A DNA stretch of 64,000 bases. It comes from a bacterium (lineage in GTDB: Bacteria > SAR324 > NAC60-12). The stretch covers positions 320,001 through 384,000 of the forward strand of contig CBDBHR010000028.1 in NCBI GenBank assembly GCA_965205865.1, written 5' to 3'. Positions 53,860 to 63,782 of this stretch are shown piece after piece. A model generated the notes under the pieces. That model worked only from the letters and a program-made list of their open reading frames with translations. It had not been told where the DNA came from and searched no databases. Made by a program: the position numbers and the translations under genes. Numbering within the stretch: the stretch's first letter is position 1; every line of letters begins with the position of its first letter.

Positions 53860-54904
53860 TTTCCGGCCTGGGCCCTGTCGCAGCAGGCTCTCCGAGGGCA
53901 TGAAAGGCCGGGATTGGCCGACTCCGTCGCATCGTTCCCGTCTCACAGACCGGACAGCGGTTCCACTCCTCCCCAAGCAAGGTGCTGATCAATTCAAGCG
54001 CCGTTTTCTTCGGCGGTTTGTGATAATCGCCCTGCACAGCCAAGGCCTGGCGAATGAGATTCAATTTCTCGGCTTTCTGGTTATGGGCCTGAAAGCCATA
54101 AAAGCGGATGCGCGGGGCGGCCTTCCGATGAAGCCATCGGGTAAGACAGCGGAAGGCCGCCCCTTTGCAAAAAACGTCGGATGAACTCTTCGGCGCTTAA
54201 GCGCATCGTCTCACGGGTGCCGCTTTTGCGATTCTGATAGCTGAAGACGACGTGGCCGTCTTCAATGGCGAGAATGCGATGATTGGCAATGGCGACACGA
54301 TGGGTATAACGCGCCAGATAATCGAGCACATAATCCGGCTGATCAAAGCTCTCTTTAGAAAAAACAACCCAGGCCTTGCCATAGAGCGTATCCAGCAATG
54401 ACTGAAAGGCAAGCGGATGCGCCAGATCAGCCGTCTTTCCCGGGAACTGAAGCGCTCCCTGTTGATACGCCTTTTTCAAGCCATCTAAATACTTGCCGCG
54501 AAACTTCGCAGAGAGGGCCACGACGTTAAAGAGGTAATCCCCTTTCACCCCGATCCATTGAGAACCATCAAATCAGAGGGCTCCGGCAGGAATAACCACA
54601 TGCAAATGAAAGTGAGCCAGCAGTTTCTGGTTCCAGGTATGCAGCACGGCCAGAAACCCCAATTGCCCCCCGAGATGATGCTTGGGATCAGCGGCAAATG
54701 CCTGGAGGGTTTCCGCGGTGCTCTTGAAGAGTAAATTCAACAACACCTTTTGATTAGACAAAATCAAACCATTCAACTCGTGGGGTAGCGTAAAGACATT
54801 GTGAAAATAATTCACCGGCAGCAATTCAGCTCGGCGATCCTCCAACCATCGGGCTTTAGCCAAACTCTGGCACTTGGACGGGGGCGCCTAGCCAATGGCG
54901 GTTA
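53860..54904 (-). pseudogene. IS91-family (Y2 HUH) transposase, disrupted
   Basis: YFH.VFTLP, LHTW....HFHLH, YLARY and CPVC motifs; a stop, small insertions and a 5' truncation. Confidence 0.88.
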
Positions 54905-55064
54905 CTAAGAGGGAGGGGAATAAGTTTCTATACATGCTATTATAAGAATTTCTCTTTGAAAACACAAATGATTGTCTTGACCATACAACTTATGATAAAT
55001 TTCTATGCAATGAAGTGAGCACTTAGGACTCAGGATTTAATAACTTCTGAAAGTAGCCCGTAAA

Positions 55065-55082
55065 GGGGTCTGGCCTTTGATT
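55065..55082 (+). repeat. Intron-free half of the family-A target palindrome
   Basis: GGGGTCTGGCCTTTGATT. Confidence 0.65.
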
Positions 55083-55131
55083 TGACGATTTATTGCGAAA
55101 TTGATTTTCTTGGGATGATCGTGAGAAACCC

Positions 55132-55543
55132 ATGAAAACGAAATATCAACCCCTCTTATTCAATAACCAATCCCCTTTTATCGTCAAAAAATACGAAACG
55201 GCATCTTTGCATTCTCCGACAGATGCTCCTTGGGGGCATTTTCATACTGAGTTTGAAATTCAATGGGTCACGAAGGGGGAGGGCCTGCGAAATCACTCAT
55301 CTCACTCCTGTTTCTTTTAGCCGTTATTTTAAGAAGGCCACCCAGATCTCTTTCAACCAATATGTGAAGCAGATGCGGGTTTTGAAAGCGTGCCGGCTTT
55401 TGGTGGATACTGAGGACTCCATCACAGACATTGCCTATTCCTGTGGTTTTAAAAGTCTCACCAATTTCAATCGGCAATTTTCGGAGTTAAAACAAACCAC
55501 GCCTCGTCAATTTAGAAAAAACTTCACCCTCCTCCCCAATTAG
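55132..55543 (+). pseudogene. AraC-family regulator, internally deleted
   Basis: HFHTEFEI cupin start is joined out of frame to the HTH (FSRYFKK..DIAYSCGF..NFNRQF). Confidence 0.8.
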
Positions 55544-55614
55544 CACGACGGCCTCGCCTTCATTGAAAATCCGGGGACAGTTACGAAAATCAATCACTAA
55601 AAGCAGACCCGATT

Positions 55615-56484
55615 TTAGCGGGGATAGGAATCTTTGTCTTGGAGGAGAGCACGGAGCCGTTCGACTTCCGCAAGCGCTTCTTCTTTTTGTTCTCGCTCTT
55701 GTTCTTTTTGTTCTCGCTCTTGTTCTTCTCTTTGCAAGGCGTTTTCTTTTTGTTCTCGCTCTTGCTCTTTTTCTTGTCGCTCCTGTTGGAAGCTTTTCAG
55801 GAGGAAGGGTTGGTAGAGAGGATCCTCAATTAATGTTTCAAAGGCCACCTGTTTTTCTAAATCCTCCAGACGAAAAGCGAAACGATCCAAAACCCGGGAA
55901 TGAATCACACCAGGCTCTTGGTGCTTCATCTTTTCATAAACCCCCTGCTGATTCAGAAAATAGAACGCGGTGTGCTTGCGCAAACGGTCTAAAATATAAT
56001 ATTCCGCCACTCCCACTTTGGCGTATTCTTCTTTTTTGTGGACCGTATCCCGTTTTACCTCCGCGGGAGTCGAGTCTGATAAAAACTCAATACAGAGATC
56101 ACAAACTCCCCTAAAAGAACGGTCCAGGGGTTTGGCCTCCACAGGATTGGAGTGGAGAATCACGGCCAGATCCGGTTTGCGAATACTGACCTTTTTCTTT
56201 CCCAGCTCCAAACGAAAGCCCATTTCCAATATCATGATCTGTCCGATGGGAAAGACGGTCAAATATTCTTCTAATAAGCGCGAAAACCATCGATAGAGGG
56301 AGATGCTTAAAAAATCGGGCATGGGCTTTTCCTCCAGGAGTCCATTGTTCCATTCATATTGAACATCCGGGTGTTCGTAATAAACCTTCCAATACTCTGC
56401 CTCACTGACCACGAGCGGCTCCTTGGCAGAGAGAGGCACCCGTCTTGGAGAGGAGTGGTTCTTGACAGATTCTAAAGGTGTCAT
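55615..56484 (-). CDS. Uma2-family endonuclease with a coiled-coil repeat tail
   Basis: RKPD, IEFLS and K..EYA..GV.EYYILD motifs; QEREQKE repeats. Confidence 0.85.
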   Translation of the reverse strand: MTPLESVKNHSSPRRVPLSAKEPLVVSEAEYWKVYYEHPDVQYEWNNGLLEEKPMPDFLSISLYRWFSRLLEEYLTVFPIGQIMILEMGFRLELGKKKVSIRKPDLAVILHSNPVEAKPLDRSFRGVCDLCIEFLSDSTPAEVKRDTVHKKEEYAKVGVAEYYILDRLRKHTAFYFLNQQGVYEKMKHQEPGVIHSRVLDRFAFRLEDLEKQVAFETLIEDPLYQPFLLKSFQQERQEKEQEREQKENALQREEQEREQKEQEREQKEEALAEVERLRALLQDKDSYPR

Positions 56485-56972
56485 GACGCCCTCGATGGGA
56501 ATGAGTGGTGAAATTTGTCGTCTTTTCAACAAAATAACACATTGTGCGGAGGACCGCAATATTTCAGCTGATCCCTCTTTCCCTTAAAATTGCCTACCGT
56601 TCGACTGGGATGATGAATATTCAGCAAATATTTGAAGAATCGCATTCATTTTGAGTTTTCCCAACGCCTTGCTCTGGGATTTGTTCAGCCGATGCCGGAT
56701 AGAAATTTCCCGCATTTCCGGGCAAAGGTCTTTCAGCAAAGGCAGGTCATTATTGTAAATTCTCTGTGATCCTCTGTCTCTTTGCGTCTCCGCGTTAAAT
56801 TTTAAATAGCCCTGGTTGGTTCCGGCTATGCCGGGTTAGGTATTCGTTAGCATCGGCTCCCACGCCGATGTGTTTTCATCCGGACTAAAACAGGTTGGGG
56901 CCTTCATCAGGGCATCTTGTTTTTCACAAGAGGCCAACGATCAAAATAGGCCTTGAGCTCTTCTGAGGCATC

Positions 56973-57205
56973 AAAGAGGGTTAAAGAATGGCTGCTGGTC
57001 TTTCGTTTTCTTTTGTGATCGTTTTCAAGAAATCGCCTTTTGCTTAAGGTTTTATTTTAATGTCGCGATTGTTAAAAACGGTCAACGGGGAATGGAAAAG
57101 TGTCAAAAATGATGACTTCTTTCTCTCGATATGAAAAATTATTTTCGTTGATCATCAGAAGACACTCATGAATGAATGAGTCGCCATATTTAAAAAAATC
57201 TTGAT
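56973..57205 (+). repeat. Dispersed non-coding upstream repeat, copy 2
   Basis: Homologous to 48754-49033. Confidence 0.75.
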
Positions 57206-57352
57206 ACATTTGCAGAGCGATTATACTATTTCTAGGTATGAGAAAAATTTGCTTTAAATGACTAATCGGATAGGTCTTAGAAAAAGAGTTGATTTATTGC
57301 TAGATATAAACGCAGATCGCACCCAGCCAGGTCTGCCACTGAAACCAGGGCG

Positions 57353-57717
57353 CAGAGCGATTATAATGTTTATTCCAGAAACAGAAGGGCAATCGAAGCA
57401 ATGCGATCCTTCACTTTGCGGTGAACATGGTGGAACGCGATCACTGCAGAACGGATTACCAAAATCAGGAGGACAATGAAAGTCTGAAATTAACCCGTTT
57501 CATGTATAAAAAATCTTGATATAAAATATTATCCTTCTAATTAGTCGCTGTCGTGAAATGGCTTTTTGTCCTCTGCGGTCAGCTATCAGATACAGAGCGA
57601 TTATAATATTATTCCAGAAACAGAAGGGCAATATGCGATCCTTCACTTTGCGGTCGTACCATCAGGAGGACCTGAAAGTCTGAAATTAACCCGTTTCATG
57701 TATAAAAAATCTTGATA
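57353..57717 (+). repeat. Imperfect direct repeat (57353-57521 and 57593-57717)
   Basis: CAGAGCGATTATAAT..CCAGAAACAGAAGGGCAAT..GAAAGTCTGAAATTAACCCG..TCTTGATA occurs twice. Confidence 0.8.
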
Positions 57718-57750
57718 ATGAGGTGGATATGAGAGTAAGCTTAAACACCC

Positions 57751-57834
57751 AGTTCACAGTTCACAGTTCACAGTTCACAGTTCACAGTTCACAGTTCACA
57801 GTTCACAGTTCACAGTTCACAGTTCACAGTTCAC
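57751..57834 (+). repeat. Heptamer tandem repeat (AGTTCAC)x12
   Basis: Counted directly; degenerate units follow. Confidence 0.95.
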
Positions 57835-58353
57835 AGTAATAAGTCCCAGTCACAATTCACAAATCCCAAGTTCTACCCTCTTATGTCATCTCGACGGGGC
57901 CGTCGGTACGCCCGGTCCGCGCACGGTGGTCCATATACGGCGTACCGGAAGCAACGCGGTAGCGGCGCCCAGTCCGAGAGGGAGAGATCCTTAAGATCCC
58001 TCGTTCCCAGTTCCAAATTCCAAGTTCCTGAATCGGCAATGGGGAATTTGGAAAATCATCGGCGCCTGAGTGCGTCGGTATATGGTTCATTGCCCAATCC
58101 TGGAGCCAATGAATCGGTTTTTTTATCACTCCAAAATGAAGGAGACCCAATGTGTAGAGAAATCGTCGAGAACGTGCTTTCGGGAACGAAAGCAGGTTTT
58201 AAAGCAACCCGCAATCTTGTTTTTAATCAAAAAGCAGAAAGGAGCACCATGAACCGTCAAAAAAGTAGAGGAATCGTCGAGAACGTGCTTTCGGGAATGA
58301 AGGCAGGTTTGAAAGCAATCCTTAATTATGAACATCCATTCGAAAGGAAAAAG

Positions 58354-60144
58354 ATGTTTAATCAAAAAAGCAGCTCAACCTTCAGTGCAACCCTGCTTGC
58401 CCTCATCCTGGGGGTAGCAGTCTTCATGGCTGGCCAGGTCTGGGCAGCCAAACAGATGGTGATCGATCCCGGCACCGGTAAAATGATAACTGCGCCTCAG
58501 TACGGCGGGACCCTCACCTATGCGTTGGCCTCTTTCGTCAACCACACGGACAGCTTTTTATCGCACGGGGCGGGATTGAATGTCTCTCCCGTGCTAGACA
58601 GGCTCGGCATCAGTGACTGGGCGATAGATCGGGAGAAAGTAGCGAACTACGCAGCGCCATACGTGCCTTTAGAAGCCTTAAGGGGGAACCTGGCGGAAAG
58701 CTGGTCGCAGCCCGACGACAAAACCCTGATCTTCAAGATCCGCCAGGGCGTTCACTTGCATGACAAGGCCCCGGTGAATGGCAGAGCGTTAGTGGCGGAT
58801 GATCTCGCCTATAACTATCAACGTTTATTTGGGATAGGAAGGTTCGCCGGTAAAGAGAAAGCCCCCCAGACTTTTGGGATCTTGGCGTTGCCCATCGAAT
58901 CGGTCGAGGCCACCGACAAAACGACGCTGGTTGTCAAGCTGAAGCAGCCCAGCTTTGGTGCGCTGGCGCAGCTCTTTGACGATTGCCATGGTTATGTTTA
59001 CGCCCCCGAGATCATCGAGGAACATGGCAACGCTGAGGATTGGCGGACCGTGGTGGGCACCGGGCCCTTTACGATAACTGACGTTGTCGAGGGCACTTCT
59101 GTCACCTGGGAAAAGAACCCGCACTACTGGAAAAACGACGAAAAATTCCCGCAGAACCGCTTGCCCTATCTGGACAAGTTAGTGGCTCTGATTATGACAG
59201 ATCCGGCAACAAGGCTGGCGGCCATGCGCTCCGGTAAGATTGATTACACAGGTCATCTTGGAAACAGCCAAGTACCGACTATCGATACGGCAGTGGCTCT
59301 TAAGAAGAGCAATCCCCAAATCGTGCAGTGGCCCTTTGCCTATCGGTCGTATAATTCTTTTGCCATCAGCGTCAATAAACCGCCCTTCGATGACATCCGG
59401 GTGCGCCAGGCGCTGCAGATGGCCCTGGATCTGGAGACCATCCACGAATCCTACCATCAAGGTTATGGAGAGTGGCTCCCTCAGGGGATGGTGGGCTCTG
59501 GGATGAGAGGGTATAACAACCCGTTTGAAACGTGGCCTGCCGAGGTCCAGAAGACCTATAGCTATGACCCGGAAGGGGCCGAGAAGCTCCTGGATGAGGC
59601 CGGGTACCCGCGCGGCGCCGATGGCATTCGATTCAAGACCAATTTGTACACGAGTCGAGCCTCGTCCGATACAGGCTATCGAGAATTAGCCGCCGGCTAC
59701 TGGTCTAAGATTGGGGTTGAGGTTGAGGTTAATGCCGTCGACGACCCGCAAATGGTCAATCTCGGGAAGGGACAAACTATCGAAGGGTTTATGGATTTCA
59801 CGAACATCGGGGCCGACTACGGGAATCTTGGCCAGCTCACTGGTATTCAGACGACTGGTGGATGGAACCCCGGCGCCATCAGCGACCCGGTTTATGACGC
59901 TAAGGTTGATGCCGTCAGGGCGGCGACCAGCCTCGAGGAGCAGAAGAGGCTGGTGAAAGAGGCCGATATGTACGCGATTCAGCAAAAGTGGTTTATCTGG
60001 GGTTCTAGAACGCCACAGTTTAACCTGAACCAGCCGTGGGTCGTCGGTTATAGCGGGGAAACCCAGCTGGGGAGTTGTGGATGGGGCCGTGTCTTCACCC
60101 GGTTGTGGATTGACCAGGACCTGAAGAAAGAAATGGGGCATTAG
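58354..60144 (+). CDS. ABC transporter substrate-binding protein, family 5
   Basis: Paralog of 70-1842, with the same GAAAGGAAAAAGATG start context. Confidence 0.9.
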   Translation: MFNQKSSSTFSATLLALILGVAVFMAGQVWAAKQMVIDPGTGKMITAPQYGGTLTYALASFVNHTDSFLSHGAGLNVSPVLDRLGISDWAIDREKVANYAAPYVPLEALRGNLAESWSQPDDKTLIFKIRQGVHLHDKAPVNGRALVADDLAYNYQRLFGIGRFAGKEKAPQTFGILALPIESVEATDKTTLVVKLKQPSFGALAQLFDDCHGYVYAPEIIEEHGNAEDWRTVVGTGPFTITDVVEGTSVTWEKNPHYWKNDEKFPQNRLPYLDKLVALIMTDPATRLAAMRSGKIDYTGHLGNSQVPTIDTAVALKKSNPQIVQWPFAYRSYNSFAISVNKPPFDDIRVRQALQMALDLETIHESYHQGYGEWLPQGMVGSGMRGYNNPFETWPAEVQKTYSYDPEGAEKLLDEAGYPRGADGIRFKTNLYTSRASSDTGYRELAAGYWSKIGVEVEVNAVDDPQMVNLGKGQTIEGFMDFTNIGADYGNLGQLTGIQTTGGWNPGAISDPVYDAKVDAVRAATSLEEQKRLVKEADMYAIQQKWFIWGSRTPQFNLNQPWVVGYSGETQLGSCGWGRVFTRLWIDQDLKKEMGH

Positions 60145-60166
60145 GATTTCTGATGAGGTCTGTTCC

Positions 60167-61126
60167 ATGAGAACCTATATCATCCGTCGGGTATTGCTGC
60201 TCATCCCCACCTTGTTGATTTTGAGCATCATCGTCTTTCTCACGGTCCGCTTGCTGCCAGGCGATGTGATCGACGCCATGCTGACGGATTTGCAATACTA
60301 TGCGGGTGATGTAGACCGGGAGGCGCTTGAGCGGATGCTGGGACTGGATGTGCCTGTCCCTATCCAGTATGCCCGCTGGATCGGCAGGCTTCTCCTGCAA
60401 GGCACCCTGGGCGAATCCCTGCTTCGCGGCCATTTGACGGTAGAGCAAAAGATCATCGGTAGATTGTCCGTCACCCTTCAGCTGGGGCTGGTGGCCATCG
60501 TCATCGGACTGGTAATCGCCCTGCCGGTGGGCATCTACTCGGCGGTGCGTCAGGATACGGCCACCGACTACCTGGGACGCAGCATCGCCATCATCGGGCT
60601 GGCCACGCCCAATTTCTGGCTGGCCCTGATGGTGATGATCTTCCCGTCCATCTGGTGGGGTTGGTCGCCCCCGATGTTCGTGATTCCCTTCACGGAAGAT
60701 CCGCTGGGCAGTCTCGGGGTGTTCGTCATCCCGGGTTTGATTCTGGGGACGTACAATTCTGCCGCCACGATGCGGATGACGCGCACCATGATGCTGGAAG
60801 TGCTGCGGCAGGACTATATCCGCACCGCCTGGTCCAAGGGGCTCCAGGAGCGGCTCATTGTGCTCCGACACGCTATCAAAAATGCGCTCATCCCGGTCGT
60901 GTCCCTGATCGGCCTGCAGTTGCCAATCCTGGTCGGGGGGTCCGTGATCATCGAGAACATCTTCAACCTGCCCGGGTTGGGGCAACTGATGGTGAACTCG
61001 CTCTCTAGCCGAGACTACCCGGTGGTCTCCGGAATCAACCTGTTTTTTGGCACCTTCATTGTGTTCAACAACCTCTTCATCGACCTGCTTTATGCCTATT
61101 TGGACCCGAGAGTAAGGTATGAATGA
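60167..61126 (+). CDS. ABC transporter permease (DppB/OppB-like)
   Basis: Paralog of 42364-43329. Confidence 0.93.
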   Translation: MRTYIIRRVLLLIPTLLILSIIVFLTVRLLPGDVIDAMLTDLQYYAGDVDREALERMLGLDVPVPIQYARWIGRLLLQGTLGESLLRGHLTVEQKIIGRLSVTLQLGLVAIVIGLVIALPVGIYSAVRQDTATDYLGRSIAIIGLATPNFWLALMVMIFPSIWWGWSPPMFVIPFTEDPLGSLGVFVIPGLILGTYNSAATMRMTRTMMLEVLRQDYIRTAWSKGLQERLIVLRHAIKNALIPVVSLIGLQLPILVGGSVIIENIFNLPGLGQLMVNSLSSRDYPVVSGINLFFGTFIVFNNLFIDLLYAYLDPRVRYE

Positions 61127-62078
61127 GACACCCTCCCCCATCCGTGAAACCAAGCGTCGGCATGTGGTGTCCAATTTCTTTATCCGATTGGTCAAGGAGA
61201 AACCTCTGGGCACCGTCGGCGGGGTGATCATCTTGATCTTTGTCCTGGTCAGTGTCTTTGCCGATGTGCTGGCGCCTTACCACTATGATGAACAAGATGT
61301 GGTGATCCGGCTCCAGGGCTCTTCAGCCGAGCATCTCCTGGGAACCGACCATGTGGGCCGAGACTTCTTGAGCCGCAACATTTACGGGGCGCGGATTTCC
61401 TTACTGGTCGGTGTGGCCGCGACCAGTGTGGATGTGATCGTAGCGCTCCTGATCGGTGCCCTTTCCGGATACATTGGAGGGCGATTGGACCTGACGGTAC
61501 AGCGTTTTGTCGACGCCTGGATGGCGTTCCCGGGACTGCTCCTCTTGTTGACCATCATGTCCATCGTGGGACAGGGGGTGTTGCAGATCATCGTGGTCCT
61601 GGGGGTCACGGGTGGCATCAGTAACTCACGGGTCATCCGGGGAGCGGTGATTGGCGTCAAAGAGAATGTGTATTTTGAGGCCGCCAAGGCGCTGGGCTGC
61701 TCCCAATGGAGAATCCTGATCCGTCATGTCCTGCCCAATATTTTACCGCCTGCCATCATCATCTTCAGCATCACCATCGGCACCGTGATTATCGCGGAAG
61801 CCTCTCTGAGCTTCCTCGGATTCGGACTGCCCGTCAGAACTCCCAGTTGGGGGGGATTGCTCAGCCGGGAAGGACGCAAGTACATGGAAGTGGCCCCCTG
61901 GCTGGCCATTTGGCCCGGGCTGTTCCTGACAATAGTCGTTTATGGGCTCAACATGTTCGGAGATGCGGTTCGGGACCTGCTGGATCCGCGGCTGCGGGGC
62001 GGAGGAGGCCGCTACGGGGCGACAATCAAACAAAGAGGCCCTCTGGCCCGACTCTTCCTGCCCGGTTTCAAGCGGTAG
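61119..62078 (+). CDS. ABC transporter permease (DppC/OppC-like)
   Basis: Paralog of 43415-44383. Confidence 0.93.
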   Translation: MNETPSPIRETKRRHVVSNFFIRLVKEKPLGTVGGVIILIFVLVSVFADVLAPYHYDEQDVVIRLQGSSAEHLLGTDHVGRDFLSRNIYGARISLLVGVAATSVDVIVALLIGALSGYIGGRLDLTVQRFVDAWMAFPGLLLLLTIMSIVGQGVLQIIVVLGVTGGISNSRVIRGAVIGVKENVYFEAAKALGCSQWRILIRHVLPNILPPAIIIFSITIGTVIIAEASLSFLGFGLPVRTPSWGGLLSREGRKYMEVAPWLAIWPGLFLTIVVYGLNMFGDAVRDLLDPRLRGGGGRYGATIKQRGPLARLFLPGFKR

Positions 62079-62234
62079 GGAAACGCAAACGAGACCTTCT
62101 GGCCCGACTGATCAACCCGTTCCATCAGTAGGGTTCCACTGATTCCAGGGAGCGGATCGAAAGCGAATGAACCTCTTAGACAGGGCGGCAAGCGAATGTT
62201 TTTGCCATGTTGCGCTTGTCCGATATTTTTGCTT

Positions 62235-63782
62235 TTAATAGAGCGCTTCAATGAGATAAGGACCGTCTTGCGAGAAACTGCGCTGGAGATGATCAGCCAA
62301 CTCGTCTACGGTGGCTACGCTGCTTCCGGAGATGCCCATGCTTTTTCCTAAACTTACCCAGTCGATGTCAGGGTTTTGGAGGCTGAACATGTTGGCCGCC
62401 CGTGCTCCCACTTCATTGACTCCCAAACGCCAGTATTCGGTTTCCAAGATGCCATAAGAACGATTGGAATAGATAATCGTGGTCACATCCAGCCCTTCCC
62501 GGGCCTGGGTCCAGAAGGCTTGATTGGTATACATCCCCCCCCCATCGCCCACGAGTGCCACCAAACGACGGTCGGGTGCCGCAACCGCCGCACCCACCGC
62601 GACCGGCCCCCCTTGCCCAATGGCCCCCCCGGTGATGTTCAACCAGGTGTGGGGCGCGGCTTGTTGAACAGGGGCAAAGCAAACGCGTCCTCCTCCGGAA
62701 TCCAGAGAGAAGATCAAATTTTCCGGCATCACGGCGGCGATCGTTGCTGCTATTTTGTCAGGATTGAGTTGCCCGGAGGGAAGGTTGGGGCGATTATAGG
62801 GATGCCGGGGACCCGAGTCTGTCGGAGCTTTCAAGGCATCCGCCAGAGATTGCAGCGCGCCGACAACGTCTTCTTCAGTTTTGGCCAAAGTGCTCAATTC
62901 ACAGTTGTCGGGGACCATATAACCTGGCGTATTGGGATAGGCAAACATGGTGGCCGGGGGTTGACTACCGACGAGAACCAATTTCTTGAACCCTCGCAGG
63001 GCTTGTTGGATTTGCTCCGGAAAGTAAGGCAGCCGACTCAGGGCTGTTTGTCCCGGCCCCCCTTCCAAGCGGGCAGGAAAACCGACACTAAGGAGTTTGC
63101 ACCCCGAAACAGCCGCAATCCGACGAGCAGCTTTCAGCCCCTCTTCCAACAGAGCGGGTCCATTGAGCAAAAGGGCGGAATGCTCATCTAAAATTTGAGC
63201 AGCGGCTTCAATCGCCTTGTCAGCTACAGAGGGTCTGATAGGAAGCGGGTTGGGAGGAACCGGCCCGGGAGATTCTCCCCAACAGGCATCCACAGGCAAG
63301 ACCAACGTTGAAATTTGTCCCTGAGAGCCGGGTTTGGCGGTGAGGGCGGCAGTCACCGCGTCCGCGCCATCCTGAGCAATGGTTTGAGCGGTGCTGGATT
63401 CTTTGTACCAACTGGAAAAATTTTTCGCCAAGGTCTCAATATTGGAAGTGAGGGGAGTATCGTAGGGAAGGTGGTAAGCGGCGTGATTGCCTACGACGTT
63501 GATGAGCGGACTAGACGCCCGGCGGGCATTGTGTAGATTGGCAATGCCATTGGCCAATCCTGCTCCCAAGTGCAACAAGGTGGTGGCAGGAGAGCCCTTC
63601 ATACGCCCGTAGCCATCAGCGGCTCCGGTGCAGACTCCTTCGAATAATGCCAGGACGACCCGCATCTCAGAAACCCCATCCAGGGCTTGTACCAGGTGCA
63701 TTTCCGAGGTTCCCGGATTGACAAAACACACCTCCACTCCGCTCCCTAAAAAGGTACGCAGGATACTTTCCGCACCATTCAT
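62235..63782 (-). CDS. Thiamine-diphosphate enzyme, acetolactate synthase large-subunit-like
   Basis: NPGTSE, GAADGY and GDG....N ThDP-binding motifs. Confidence 0.9.
   Translation of the reverse strand: MNGAESILRTFLGSGVEVCFVNPGTSEMHLVQALDGVSEMRVVLALFEGVCTGAADGYGRMKGSPATTLLHLGAGLANGIANLHNARRASSPLINVVGNHAAYHLPYDTPLTSNIETLAKNFSSWYKESSTAQTIAQDGADAVTAALTAKPGSQGQISTLVLPVDACWGESPGPVPPNPLPIRPSVADKAIEAAAQILDEHSALLLNGPALLEEGLKAARRIAAVSGCKLLSVGFPARLEGGPGQTALSRLPYFPEQIQQALRGFKKLVLVGSQPPATMFAYPNTPGYMVPDNCELSTLAKTEEDVVGALQSLADALKAPTDSGPRHPYNRPNLPSGQLNPDKIAATIAAVMPENLIFSLDSGGGRVCFAPVQQAAPHTWLNITGGAIGQGGPVAVGAAVAAPDRRLVALVGDGGGMYTNQAFWTQAREGLDVTTIIYSNRSYGILETEYWRLGVNEVGARAANMFSLQNPDIDWVSLGKSMGISGSSVATVDELADHLQRSFSQDGPYLIEALY

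Noticed and set aside
55640-55790. Tandem nucleotide repeats
   Set aside because: They encode the common QEREQKE coiled-coil tail of Uma2 proteins.
57751-57834. Possible CRISPR array
   Set aside because: Heptamer tandem repeat with no spacers, and no cas genes in the window.
57883-58353. 157-aa N-terminal extension of the third substrate-binding protein
   Set aside because: It runs through REP-like and duplicated sequence; the paralog supports ATG 58354.
60095-61231. Long antisense ORFs over the permease and ThDP-enzyme genes
   Set aside because: Shadow frames of GC-rich genes that are well supported on the opposite strand.
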